64,000 bases of DNA from an uncultured Clostridia bacterium (lineage in GTDB: Bacteria > Bacillota > Clostridia > TANB77 > CAG-508). Below are positions 29,901 to 39,782 of the stretch, piece after piece. Under the pieces are notes generated by a model. The model worked only from the letters and a program-made list of their open reading frames with translations. It was not told where the DNA came from and searched no databases. The stretch's first letter is position 1; each line of letters opens with the position of its first letter. The position numbers were made by a program, and so were the translations under genes. The stretch lies in assembly GCA_944388695.1 (NCBI GenBank), contig CALXJT010000001.1, positions 4,570 to 68,569 of the forward strand, given 5' to 3'.

Positions 29901-29945
29901 AAATATTCTATATTTATTTCAATTAAATATAGAATATTTTTAATT
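29901..29945 (+). terminator. Intrinsic terminator after rho.
   Basis: 16-bp perfect inverted repeat AAATATTCTATATTTA / TAAATATAGAATATTT followed by a T-run. Confidence 0.7.
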
Positions 29946-29993
29946 ATTATGATAAAGTATTATTATAAATAATTTGTAAAGGAGTTAGTGAAA

Positions 29994-30428
29994 ATGGGAA
30001 AATATAAATTTTTTATTGCTGGAAGAACAAGAAATAAAGAAAATATTTTGAAAATATGTGATATTTTTGAGGAGTTAAACATTCCTCATTATTGTTTCTT
30101 AAAAAATGAAGATTCTCATAAGGAAGCAGGTTTAGATATTAATGATAATCATCTTGCAGATACTTTTGAATCATTAGGTTTAGAAAATCCTAGTGTTAGA
30201 ACAATATTTGAACATGATTTAAAAGGTGAAAAAGATTCAGAAAATTTCTTATTGGTGCTTCCTGCAGGAAAATCAGCACATATAGAAGCAGGAATTGCAT
30301 ATGGTTTAGGAAAAAAATGCTATGCCATTGGTGAATATGATGTAACAGATTCGTTATATCTTATATTTGATAAAATTTTTAAAGATGAAAAGGAATTAAA
30401 AGAATTTCTTGAAAATGAAGGTCTTTAA
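29994..30428 (+). CDS. Nucleoside 2-deoxyribosyltransferase-like (Rossmann/SLOG-type) protein.
   Basis: FIAGRTRNKE...LVLPAGKSAHIEAGIAYGLGKKCYAIGE matches the fold's conserved glycine-rich and catalytic-Glu region. GGAG is 9 nt before ATG 29994. Confidence 0.45.
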   Translation: MGKYKFFIAGRTRNKENILKICDIFEELNIPHYCFLKNEDSHKEAGLDINDNHLADTFESLGLENPSVRTIFEHDLKGEKDSENFLLVLPAGKSAHIEAGIAYGLGKKCYAIGEYDVTDSLYLIFDKIFKDEKELKEFLENEGL

Positions 30429-30492
30429 TTTTAAAAATTAAATTGGTGAAAACTGTGGAAGTAAATTATAATTTATAAAAGGAGGTCCTATA

Positions 30493-31014
30493 ATGGTAAT
30501 TTTGATAGCTGGAACATCACATACTGGAAAAACGCTTTTAGCACAGAATTTGTTAGAAAAATATAAATATCCATATCTATCAATTGATCATTTAAAAATG
30601 GGACTTATCAGAAGTAAAAATACTAATTTAAATGTAGAAGATGATGAAAAACTTACAGAATATTTATGGAAAATAATAAAAGAAATAATAAAAACTAATA
30701 TAGAAAATAAGCAAAATATAATAATAGAAGGATGTTACATACCTTATGAATGGAAAAAAGATTTTGATAAGGAATATTTAAAAGAAATACAATATATTTG
30801 TTTAATAATGACAGAAGATTATATAAGAAAGAATTATGATGATATTATAAAGTATGAAAATATTATTGAATTTAGAAAGATAAAAGAAGATTTTGATATA
30901 GAAGAGCTAGTAAAAGAAAATAATTATAATCTAAAGATGTGTAAAAAATATAAAAATAAATATATTTTAATTGAAGATAAGTATGATATTAATTTGGAGA
31001 ATGTTTTTTGTTAA
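30493..31014 (+). CDS. P-loop NTPase, putative small-molecule kinase.
   Basis: N-terminal Walker A ILIAGTSHTGKTLLA; RBS AAAGGAGG. Confidence 0.55.
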   Translation: MVILIAGTSHTGKTLLAQNLLEKYKYPYLSIDHLKMGLIRSKNTNLNVEDDEKLTEYLWKIIKEIIKTNIENKQNIIIEGCYIPYEWKKDFDKEYLKEIQYICLIMTEDYIRKNYDDIIKYENIIEFRKIKEDFDIEELVKENNYNLKMCKKYKNKYILIEDKYDINLENVFC

Positions 31015-31106
31015 GTTATAAATAAAAATATTAGCAATAATAAAAAATTAAATTCATATATCTTTTCATCATATGATAATAATAATTTGTAGAAGGAGAT
31101 GAAGAA

Positions 31107-31430
31107 ATGGATATTGATAACAGAAAATACAATGTAGTAACATTATGTGGCTCAATTAAATTTAAAGATAAATTTGAAGAGGTTCAAGAAAAACTTACTT
31201 TAGAAGGGAATATCGTTCTTATACCTAATTTTTTTAATAATATAAAGAAAGAAGATATAACTTCAGAAACTAAAAGAATGTTAGATAAAATGCATAGACA
31301 AAAAATAGATATGTCTGATGAAATTTATGTAATTAATTTTGGAGGATATATTGGAGAAAGTACAAAAGCAGAGATTGAATATGCAAAGACAAATGGAAAA
31401 AAGATTTTTTATTTAGAAAATATAAAATAA
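31107..31430 (+). CDS. Hypothetical 107-aa protein, possibly a Rossmann-like nucleoside-transferase-fold protein.
   Basis: RBS GAAGGAG. VVTLCGSIKF...GNIVLIPNF...IYVINFGGYIGESTKAEIEYAKTNGKKIFYL pattern. Confidence 0.35.
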   Translation: MDIDNRKYNVVTLCGSIKFKDKFEEVQEKLTLEGNIVLIPNFFNNIKKEDITSETKRMLDKMHRQKIDMSDEIYVINFGGYIGESTKAEIEYAKTNGKKIFYLENIK

Positions 31431-31465
31431 TTAATTTAAATATTTAATGACATGTAGCAGTATCT

Positions 31466-31628
31466 ATGATTGGAATAATAACATTTATTTTATCTTTAAT
31501 AGGTGTAAAAATTGGAAATCGCTTTGGAGATAAATTTCAAAATAAAGCAGAACTTATGGGCGGAATTATATTGATTATTATAGGTTTGAAAATATTATTG
31601 GAGCATTTGGGAATTCTAACATTTTAGT
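31466..31628 (+). pseudogene. C-terminal remnant of manganese efflux pump MntP (DUF204).
   Basis: Translation [51 protein letters not shown] matches only the last about 55 aa of MntP. There is no upstream coding continuation. Confidence 0.5.
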
Positions 31629-31708
31629 TTTATTATAGAGGAGAAACTAAAATGATGGAGGAAAACAATGAAAAAAATTTTTAAATACTTTTATAAGGGG
31701 GAATATGT

Positions 31709-31966
31709 ATGAAAAATAGAGAAGTAAAACCATTTACAATGTGGAGACATTTCAAAGGAGCTATGTCATTTGTAATTACAGTAGCTCAACATAGTGAAAC
31801 AGGAGAAAAATTAGTAGTTTATCGTTGTATGGACAATAATGAAAAAACAAATCATAAAGATGGTATATATGCAAGACCATTGGATATGTTCTTATCTGAA
31901 GTAGATCATGAAAAATATCCAAATGCAACACAAAAATATCGTTTTGAAGAAATTATAGATGAGTAA
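31709..31966 (+). CDS. DUF1653 family protein.
   Basis: WRHFKGAMSFVITVAQHSETGEKLVVYRCM is the characteristic DUF1653 core. RBS AAGGGGG. Confidence 0.6.
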   Translation: MKNREVKPFTMWRHFKGAMSFVITVAQHSETGEKLVVYRCMDNNEKTNHKDGIYARPLDMFLSEVDHEKYPNATQKYRFEEIIDE

Positions 31967-32039
31967 AATAAATTAATATAAAATAATTTTAATGTGATTT
32001 AACTGTTATTTATTAAAAGCACAGATTGGAGAATAATAG

Positions 32040-32618
32040 ATGAAAATTTTAATAACTAGGCATGGTCAAACTGACTGGAATGTTCTTGGGAAAATTCAAG
32101 GGCAAACTGATATAGAATTAAATGATAATGGGAGACAACAAGCAAAAGAAACAGGCGAATTAATTAAAAATGAAAATATTGATATAATAATTACATCTCC
32201 ATTAAAAAGAGCAAAAGAAACTGCAAAAATTATAAATGAAAATTTTAATGTTACTATCATAGAAGATAATAGGCTAATGGAAAGAAACTTTGGTAAGAGT
32301 GAAGGATTAACAAAAGATGATAGAAGAAAGTTAAAAGAGATTAATCCAGAAGTAAATGATGTTTGGAACTATAATAAAAATATAGACTTTAACGGGATGG
32401 AAACCATGCAAGACTTTTGCAATAGAATATATAAATTTCTTGATGAGATAATCAATAAATATAGATATAAAAATATACTTATAGTCACACATGGAGGAGT
32501 ATCTGTACCCATAAAATGCTATTTTATGAAGTATCCTTTGGAAAATCTTTGTGATAGAGATGCTGTAAAAGGATTAAAAAATTGTGAAATTACAAAATTT
32601 GAGATAGACTGTAATTAA
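32040..32618 (+). CDS. Histidine phosphatase (phosphoglycerate mutase family) protein.
   Basis: RHGQTDWN catalytic motif; IIITSPLKRAKETA. Confidence 0.8.
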   Translation: MKILITRHGQTDWNVLGKIQGQTDIELNDNGRQQAKETGELIKNENIDIIITSPLKRAKETAKIINENFNVTIIEDNRLMERNFGKSEGLTKDDRRKLKEINPEVNDVWNYNKNIDFNGMETMQDFCNRIYKFLDEIINKYRYKNILIVTHGGVSVPIKCYFMKYPLENLCDRDAVKGLKNCEITKFEIDCN

Positions 32619-32670
32619 GGAGTCAGATGCTAATAATTAAAAATAGAAATTTGTAGAGGAGATATTTAGT

Positions 32671-33101
32671 ATGGATGCAAAACAGCTTCATCCAAATAAA
32701 AATTTGAAAATCATAACTTAAGTGCAATTACAACATATCCATTTACAGTAATAATGCAAGAAAAAAACGAAGTTAATAAGAAACATTTATCCGAATTGCC
32801 TAATAAGGGTGATACTATAGTTGGAAATGATGTATGGATAGGTCAAAATGTAACTATAATGCCAGGAGTTCATATTGGTGATGGAGCCGTTATCGGAGCA
32901 AATTCAGTTGTTGCAAAAAATGTATCTCCATATACTATTGTTGCAGGAAATCCTATTAAAGAAATTAGAAAAAGATTTTCAGAAGATGAGATTAATATTT
33001 TACTAAAAATTAAATGGTGGTGGGATTGGGATATTGATAAGATAATTAATAATTTAGATATTATTTTAGGAAAAGATGTAAACAAATTAAAAGATTTATG
33101 A
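32671..33101 (+). pseudogene. Truncated Vat-type xenobiotic (streptogramin A) O-acetyltransferase: a 16-aa N-terminal peptide and the C-terminal hexapeptide-repeat half are retained, the middle is deleted.
   Basis: MDAKQLHPNKNLKIIT then stop. The C-terminal ORF (32754-33101) reads LPNKGDTIVGNDVWIGQNVTIMPGVHIGDGAVIGANSVVAKNVSPYTIVAGNPIKEIRKRFSEDEINILLKIKWW, which matches the Vat C-terminus. Confidence 0.55.
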
Positions 33102-33200
33102 TTAAAGACTATAATGTATTAAAATTAATTTGAAACAGATTGGGAAAATGTTATAAATTAAAATGGAATTTAAATAGTAAGTTATAGAGGAGTGTATTAA

Positions 33201-33785
33201 ATGAAAATAGGAATAGATATAGACGGAGTTGTAATTGATAGTGAAACAACATTTAGGACTTTTGAAGAAATATATGATATAGACGTTTTGAAGCAAAATA
33301 ATTTAGTTGATAGAACAGAGCCAAAATTTCAATCAAGATATAATTGGAATGCCGAGCAACAAAAAAATTTTTGTAAAAGATATTTTTTACAAGTATCTAG
33401 AGAAAGTAACCTTATGTCTGGATTTATAGCAATTTATAATAGATTGAAAAAACAAGGTCATGAATTTGTCGTTATAACCGCTAGAGGACTTATGCCAGAT
33501 GGGAGCTTTATGAAAGAAATGGAAGATGATGCTAAAAGAGTTTTGAACGAGAATGGCATATTATTTGATAAATATTATTGGGGGCAAAAAGATAAATTAG
33601 AAGTTTGCCTAAAAGAAAATATCGGTATTATGATTGATGATGATTGGAGAATAATAAAAAAATTATCAGATAATAGTATTAAAACTTTATACTTTAGAGA
33701 TACAAATTTAAAAAAACTAGAGGAAACAGAGTATATTAGTGAAGTAAATAATTGGGGAGATATTTATAGGAAAATTAATTCATAA
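33201..33785 (+). CDS. HAD-superfamily 5'(3')-deoxyribonucleotidase-like hydrolase.
   Basis: Motif I IGIDIDGVV, motif II VVITAR, motif IV IMIDDD. Confidence 0.55.
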   Translation: MKIGIDIDGVVIDSETTFRTFEEIYDIDVLKQNNLVDRTEPKFQSRYNWNAEQQKNFCKRYFLQVSRESNLMSGFIAIYNRLKKQGHEFVVITARGLMPDGSFMKEMEDDAKRVLNENGILFDKYYWGQKDKLEVCLKENIGIMIDDDWRIIKKLSDNSIKTLYFRDTNLKKLEETEYISEVNNWGDIYRKINS

Positions 33786-34053
33786 CTTATCAAGCTGAAG
33801 TATAAGGCTTTAAAGGATTTAGATAAAATAATTTAAAATTTTATATATTTTTTTTTAATATAAGGTTACAATAATGAAAAAATTCAACCATAAAGAATCG
33901 AATTAACAGAGATGAATCAGTTATATCTAGATATATTCTTTAACAGATAAATATGATAATTTAGATATTTTATATTATGAAAAATTAGACTTAACAAGAT
34001 TATTAGAAGATTTATCTAGCGATAAAAAAGCTTGTAAAGGAGAAATACAAAAA

Positions 34054-34353
34054 ATGAAAAAAGTATCAACAATATTTAAAGAAAAACCTGAAAAATGGGG
34101 ATTTAGAGGTGACCTCTATTTTTGGGATTATTTAGAAAAGATATTTGATAATTATGAATTACCATTTAATTATGATGAACTAGAAAAAATTATTAAAAAA
34201 GAACATTTAAAATTGACTGGAGTTGAACTTACTAAAGAAAGCATTGGTAAATCTGAAAAATTTGAATATGGTGGTATGACTTCTGGTGGTATATGCGGTG
34301 AATTTTGGATAACCGAAGCATTGCCTTTATTGAAAGAAAGATTAAATAATTAA
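34054..34353 (+). CDS. Hypothetical 99-aa protein.
   Basis: RBS AAAGGAG. No motif. Confidence 0.4.
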   Translation: MKKVSTIFKEKPEKWGFRGDLYFWDYLEKIFDNYELPFNYDELEKIIKKEHLKLTGVELTKESIGKSEKFEYGGMTSGGICGEFWITEALPLLKERLNN

Positions 34354-34369
34354 TTAAAAATAGTAGAAT

Positions 34370-34425
34370 ATTTTTCTCTTATCTCTATTTGCACAAAACT
34401 TTGATAATCGGAACCTTTTCGAATT
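34370..34425. repeat. Copy 1 (short) of the ...ATTAGTAGAAT...TTCTC(C/T)TAT...TTGCACAAAACTTTGATAATCGGAACC repeat.
   Basis: Sequence is shared with 35549-35680 and 38874-39010. Confidence 0.6.
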
Positions 34426-34580
34426 GGAATATAATATAAATCTTAATTTGTTTTTTTAATTTTATTGACTTTTATTTGATACTATTATATAATACGAACA
34501 ACAGTTCTTTATAATAAGAATTATACTACTAAAAAAATAAATACGTTAAGAACTAAATTTTATATAAAGGATGTGTTCTT

Positions 34581-35525
34581 ATGAATGAAAAAAAGAATGA
34601 AATTATTTTATTTGAAAATCAAGGAGTAAAGTTAGAAGTAAATTTAAAAGAAGATACTGTGTGGCTAACTCAAGCACAAATGGGAATATTATTTGATGTC
34701 AAGCAATCTACTTTGAGTGAGCATATTAATAATATATTTAAAGAAGGCGAATTAGAAGAAAAAACTTCTATCGGAATTTCCGATAAAAGTTCTGGAGGAC
34801 GAAAATCAAAGCTTTATAATTTAGATGTAATAATATCTGTTGGCTATAGAGTTAAATCAAAGAATGGTGTGATTTTTAGACAATGGGCAAACAAGGTTTT
34901 AAAAGATTATATGCTAAAAGGATATGCTGTTAATCAAAGAAGATTAGAATATTTAGAAAAAACAGTAAAATTAATTGATATTGCTAATAGAATTGATGAA
35001 AGATTAGAAGGTTCTGATGCGAAGGAAATATTAAAAGTAATTGGCGAATATTCAAAAGCTCTAGATTTATTAGATGATTATGATCATAAAACATTAAAGA
35101 AAATAGAAGGGAATATTGATGAAAGAAAAATAAAGTACGAAGATTGCATAAATATTATAAATAAATTAAGATTTAATGAAGAAAGTTCTCTATTTGCACT
35201 AGAAAGAGATAAAGGTTTAGAATCAATAATAGGTAATATATATCAAAGTTTTGATGGACAAGATATATACAAAAGTATAGAAGAAAAAGGAGCAAATTTC
35301 TTATATTTAATAGTTAAAAATCATGTTTTTACTGATGGAAACAAAAGAATTGCAGCTACTTTATTTATATATTTTTTAAATTTTTACGAAATTTTATATA
35401 AAAATGAAAGGCAAGTTATTGACAATAATACACTCGCAGCACTAACATTACTTATTGCTGAATCAAATCCAAAGGAAAAAGATGTAATTATTGATTTAGT
35501 AATGAATTTTTTGAATAATGATTAA
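34581..35525 (+). CDS. RhuM-family protein fused to a C-terminal Doc/Fic-like domain.
   Basis: N-terminal RhuM region (FENQGVKLEV...WLTQAQMGILFDV...VGYRVKSKNGVIFRQWANKVLKDY). C-terminal HVFTDGNKRIAATLF (HxFxDGNKR Doc motif). Confidence 0.7.
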   Translation: MNEKKNEIILFENQGVKLEVNLKEDTVWLTQAQMGILFDVKQSTLSEHINNIFKEGELEEKTSIGISDKSSGGRKSKLYNLDVIISVGYRVKSKNGVIFRQWANKVLKDYMLKGYAVNQRRLEYLEKTVKLIDIANRIDERLEGSDAKEILKVIGEYSKALDLLDDYDHKTLKKIEGNIDERKIKYEDCINIINKLRFNEESSLFALERDKGLESIIGNIYQSFDGQDIYKSIEEKGANFLYLIVKNHVFTDGNKRIAATLFIYFLNFYEILYKNERQVIDNNTLAALTLLIAESNPKEKDVIIDLVMNFLNND

Positions 35526-35548
35526 GATGTATAGATAAAACTTTAATA

Positions 35549-35680
35549 ATAAAGATATATAAATGAATATTAGTATGCATATAACAGCTAAAATTCTTAA
35601 ATTAGCAGAAGTAGAGACTTATGGATATTTTGTATTATTCTCCTATACCTAATTTCACAAAACTTTGATAATCGGAACCT
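35549..35680. repeat. Copy 2 (full, about 130 bp) of the cassette-flanking repeat.
   Basis: ATAAAGATATATAAATGAATATTAGTAT is identical over 28 nt to 38874-38901, followed by a diverged tail ending TTCACAAAACTTTGATAATCGGAACC. Confidence 0.65.
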
Positions 35681-35878
35681 TATATATATAAATATATAAA
35701 AAACGTGAATGTTTATCTGAAAAGCGGTATAAAAAACGTGAAATGTGATTAACTTATGAAATAATGGCGAGCTAAAAATTATACATATTTTAAAAACATG
35801 TATAATTTTTTTGGTTTTTTATACATATTTATTGAAAATGTATAAAAAATGTGATATTTTATATATGGAGGTAAAAGT

Positions 35879-36940
35879 ATGAAATTAGAAATGTTACCAT
35901 ATAAAAATGTTAATTTAAAAACAAATAAAATTTTAGAACAATTAACTTTATCATCAAGAGCATTAGCAGAATTAAAAGGGTATTCAAATACAATTCCGAA
36001 TATGCATATTTTAATAAATGCTGTAACTATTAATGAGGCAAAAGATAGTAGTGCTATTGAAAATATCGTTACAACTCATGATGACATTTATAAAGTACTA
36101 ACAGAAAGTGGCTACAAAGAAGAAAATGCAAAGGAAGTTGTAGATTATAGAAATGCTATTTGGCTTGGATATGAACAAATTAAAAAAGATGGTTATATAA
36201 ATACAAATACTATTGTTAAAATTCAAGGAACTATTGAACATAATAATGCAGGAATTAGAAAATTACCAGGCACAGAATTAAAAAATTCAATTACTGGAGA
36301 AACAATATATACTCCACCTCAAAGTGAACAGGAAATAATAGCTTATTTAATAAATTTAGAAAACTTTATAAATAATAATAAAGATGGCATAGATCCATTA
36401 ATAAAAGTTTGTTTAGTACATTACCAATTTGAAAGTATTCACCCTTTTTATGATGGAAATGGAAGAACAGGAAGAATATTAAATATTCTATATCTTGTAT
36501 TAAATAATCTAATTGATAGCCCAATTTTATACTTGAGTAAATATATAAATAAGACGAAACAAGAATATTATAAATTATTTAATGAAGTTAGAGACAATAA
36601 TAATTTTGAAGATTGGATTTTATATATTTTAAAAGGTATTGAAATTACATCTAAAGAAACGATAACATTAATTGAAAAGATTCAAAATGAAATGAAAAAT
36701 TACAAAGAAGAATTTAGAAGTAAACTACCTAAAATATACTCAAAAGAGCTATTAGAAAGTTTATTTTATGAAGTTTATACAAAAATATCATATATAGAGA
36801 AAGCATGTAATGTTACTAGACTTACTGCATCTTCATATTTAAATCAGTTGGAAGAAGTAGGACTTTTGGAATCTGAAAAAATTGGAAGAGAAAGATTGTA
36901 TAAGAATACTAGATTAATAAAACTTTTATCTGAAAATTAG
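35879..36940 (+). CDS. Fic family protein (class II, with N-terminal inhibitory motif).
   Basis: Fic motif HPFYDGNGRTGR. N-terminal SxxxEN inhibitory motif (KDSSAIENI). C-terminal wHTH-like region. RBS GGAGG. Confidence 0.85.
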   Translation: MKLEMLPYKNVNLKTNKILEQLTLSSRALAELKGYSNTIPNMHILINAVTINEAKDSSAIENIVTTHDDIYKVLTESGYKEENAKEVVDYRNAIWLGYEQIKKDGYINTNTIVKIQGTIEHNNAGIRKLPGTELKNSITGETIYTPPQSEQEIIAYLINLENFINNNKDGIDPLIKVCLVHYQFESIHPFYDGNGRTGRILNILYLVLNNLIDSPILYLSKYINKTKQEYYKLFNEVRDNNNFEDWILYILKGIEITSKETITLIEKIQNEMKNYKEEFRSKLPKIYSKELLESLFYEVYTKISYIEKACNVTRLTASSYLNQLEEVGLLESEKIGRERLYKNTRLIKLLSEN

Positions 36941-36990
36941 TATGAATTTTTTAATAATAAAATAGTAAGTTACAAAGGAGTGAGTCTTAT

Positions 36991-37401
36991 ATGTTTAGTA
37001 AACCAGAAGCAGGTTGGGTAGATATTAATATTGGAAACTATGAAATAAGTGCTTCTTATTTAACAGATATTCCTATGGATTTTTTAAATTCCCTTATTAA
37101 TAGTTTAGAGAATAATTTACCTTTTTCGGTTTTTATTGATGAAGAAGGAATAGAAAATATATTATGTGCTTATTATCATGGTGTATTCATTATTACAATG
37201 GATGGTAGCAATGTAGAGTATAAAAAAATAGATATGGATTTTAATACATTTAGAATAGAAGTTGTTAAAGATATAGAAATATACTTCAACGAATGGATTA
37301 ATTGGAAGATAAACGATAATCCCCCAATATTAAAAAGTAGAGAAATAGAATTACGAAACAAATTATCCATCGCAAAAGAAAAGTTGAAAAAACATATTTA
37401 A
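36991..37401 (+). CDS. Hypothetical 136-aa protein.
   Basis: RBS AAAGGAG before ATG. No motif. Confidence 0.4.
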   Translation: MFSKPEAGWVDINIGNYEISASYLTDIPMDFLNSLINSLENNLPFSVFIDEEGIENILCAYYHGVFIITMDGSNVEYKKIDMDFNTFRIEVVKDIEIYFNEWINWKINDNPPILKSREIELRNKLSIAKEKLKKHI

Positions 37402-37627
37402 AATGAAATAACACATTTAATAAATTTTAAAAGTAAAAACTTTTTTAAATAAAAAAATAAATTATAATTTTAAAATTTTATAAATAATTTGTTGTCTGTA
37501 AAATAAGGCAAAATAGTAAGTCGAAGGAGAAAAAATATGAAAGAATTTGTGATTGATGGAAATAATTTTGATGATTTGGAAGGATTTTATTGTGAAATTG
37601 ATAAGTTATTAACAAAGAATTTATCAT

Positions 37628-37876
37628 TTGAAAGGAGAAAATAAAATTATGGAAAAAAGAAAAATTATCTCTATAATATTAGGAATAGTAATTATTATAA
37701 TAGCAATAATAATGCCTTTTCAGTTAAAACGAATATGCTATGAACATTCAATACATCAAGACTGGAGTTTGGGTGCTTGGAATGCAGTACAAATTTCAGC
37801 AACATTATATAGTATTGTAATATGTATTTTAACTTTGATTTTAGTATTTTTAAATGTATTAAAAAAATCAAAATAA
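37628..37876 (+). CDS. Small two-TM membrane protein.
   Basis: RBS AAAGGAG. ISIILGIVIIIIAIIMPF and ATLYSIVICILTLILVFL hydrophobic segments. Confidence 0.4.
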   Translation: MKGENKIMEKRKIISIILGIVIIIIAIIMPFQLKRICYEHSIHQDWSLGAWNAVQISATLYSIVICILTLILVFLNVLKKSK

Positions 37877-38873
37877 TTTTAACAACAACTTACAATTTAT
37901 ACGGAGAATATTAAAATAATAATATTCTCTATTTTTTATCAAAGCAAAAGCAAGAAGGAGGGAAGAGGAGGAGTACTTAATTTTCTAAAACAATAAAATA
38001 ATTATAAATAAAATTCACAATAATAAGATAATATTAATTAAAAATAAGCAGAACTATAAAACAATTAAAAAAATATTCTAAAGGAATAAATAATATAAAA
38101 TCAAATTAAAATAGTAAATTAAAAACAAATTAATAAAAAAACAAAAATTATTATAATAAATTAAATTTAAAAATTTTGTGCAATGTTTAAATTGTTAAAT
38201 TTTTATAACAAATATAAAAATTTAATAAACGAACATTTTAATTTAATAAGTTGATTATAAGTTAATCTGAATTGAAATTAATATATATTATAATATAATA
38301 AAATTAAATATTATAAAATAAATTTAATAATAAAAAATCATTTATAAAAGTTAATTTATATACTAATATAAATATATAATTAATTAAGCTTTAAAATCGT
38401 TTTTAAAGCATTTTAATTATAAACTTAACAAGTTATGTGTCCAGACTATATAAAATATTACAACTGATATATGTATAATATGTAAAAATACTTAAAAATG
38501 GCTAAAGATTAATACTTTCAAAAAACGCCTAAAAATTGCTAAAAAGGCGATGCACGAGAATCGATTTTAAGCCGTTTTTATTTTTTAGGCATATAGTTTG
38601 TTGTCTACAAAATACGGCAAATATAGCGAAATAGGCATTTGGGAGATTTTTGAAAAATTTTAATATTATAAAGTAACAGATTATATAATGAAATAAAATT
38701 TTATAGATATAAATTAAAATAATAAATAAAAAATAAAAAATAAATTAGATAGTTATATAAGCAAAATAAAAAAATGTCTTAAAATTGATTTTAATGAGCT
38801 ATAAGAATATTAATATAACAATAACACAAAAGATTTATGATAATAACAAATATAATATGAATATAATAAGAAA

Positions 38874-39010
38874 ATAAAGATATATAAATGAATATTAGTA
38901 TATATAGAACAACTACAAGCCTTGAATTAGTAGAATTATAGCTATATAGCTAATATATATTTTTCTCCTATCTTTCATTGCACAAAACTTTGATTTTGTG
39001 CAATGTTATT
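38874..39010. repeat. Copy 3 of the cassette-flanking repeat, ending in a perfect 12-bp hairpin CATTGCACAAAA-CTTTGAT-TTTTGTGCAATG.
   Basis: Shares 28 identical nt plus a diverged tail with copy 2. In copies 1 and 2 the hairpin is disrupted. Confidence 0.65.
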
Positions 39011-39290
39011 TCTCGGTTTATTCATGTTTTCCCTCTTCTTTATAAGCATTCAATATGGTTATTTTTTGTTCATTAAATAATTTAACAAAATCTTTATTTG
39101 TTGTATATTCATCTAAAATTTGTTCATATGTAATAATTATTAAAATATTTTTGGATTTTTCTCTTCCTTGCAGATTAATTAGAAAAAAGTGTAAAAAGGA
39201 AAAAAAGAAAGAGAGATACTACTTATATAGCGTCCCTCTTTCCTTCTAATTGGAAATACTTTTTAGAATTACTTTTTAGAATTTAGTTTT

Positions 39291-39782
39291 TCAAATTAAA
39301 TTTTTTACAGGACACCTGTAATGAGCATATCCTCGTGTATAAGCCAGCTTTATCCCTAATGTATTCATTACTTTTTTTGAAGAATAATTAATTATTGAAA
39401 TGCAAAATTCTAAACATCTATATTTCTGCGAAAAATTCTTGGCAATGTGTTTCGCATATTCAATAATTGCATTTTCACAATACCTTCTTCCACGGTAATC
39501 TTTTCCGATAAAATAAGAAATTTCTATAGTCTTCTTTTTTTCCTTCTTCTCTCCTACAATTGCGCCAACAAATTGATTTTTACAATTTAATATTTTAAAA
39601 GCAATGTAATCTTCTGAGGTTGTAAAAAGATCTATTATATCATTGGCTTCTGACTTGTTCCGGCAATATGCTAATTTGAAAAACTTTCCTACTTCTACTT
39701 CATTAGCAAGTTTCAGATACTCAACAGTATCTTCTTTAATGAATGGTACTAATGTTACATTTGTATCAATTGTTTCATTCAC
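39291..39782 (-). CDS. GNAT family N-acetyltransferase.
   Basis: Acetyl-CoA binding region FVGAIVGEKK...GKDYRGRRYCENAIIEYAKHI (R/QxxGxG/A-like). Confidence 0.6.
   Translation of the reverse strand: MNETIDTNVTLVPFIKEDTVEYLKLANEVEVGKFFKLAYCRNKSEANDIIDLFTTSEDYIAFKILNCKNQFVGAIVGEKKEKKKTIEISYFIGKDYRGRRYCENAIIEYAKHIAKNFSQKYRCLEFCISIINYSSKKVMNTLGIKLAYTRGYAHYRCPVKNLI

Noticed and set aside
39055-39249. 64-aa plus-strand ORF between repeat copy 3 and the GNAT gene.
   Set aside because: No RBS and a low-complexity Lys-rich tail (KKCKKEKKKER). It is probably non-coding. The minus strand here may hold a decayed gene fragment instead.
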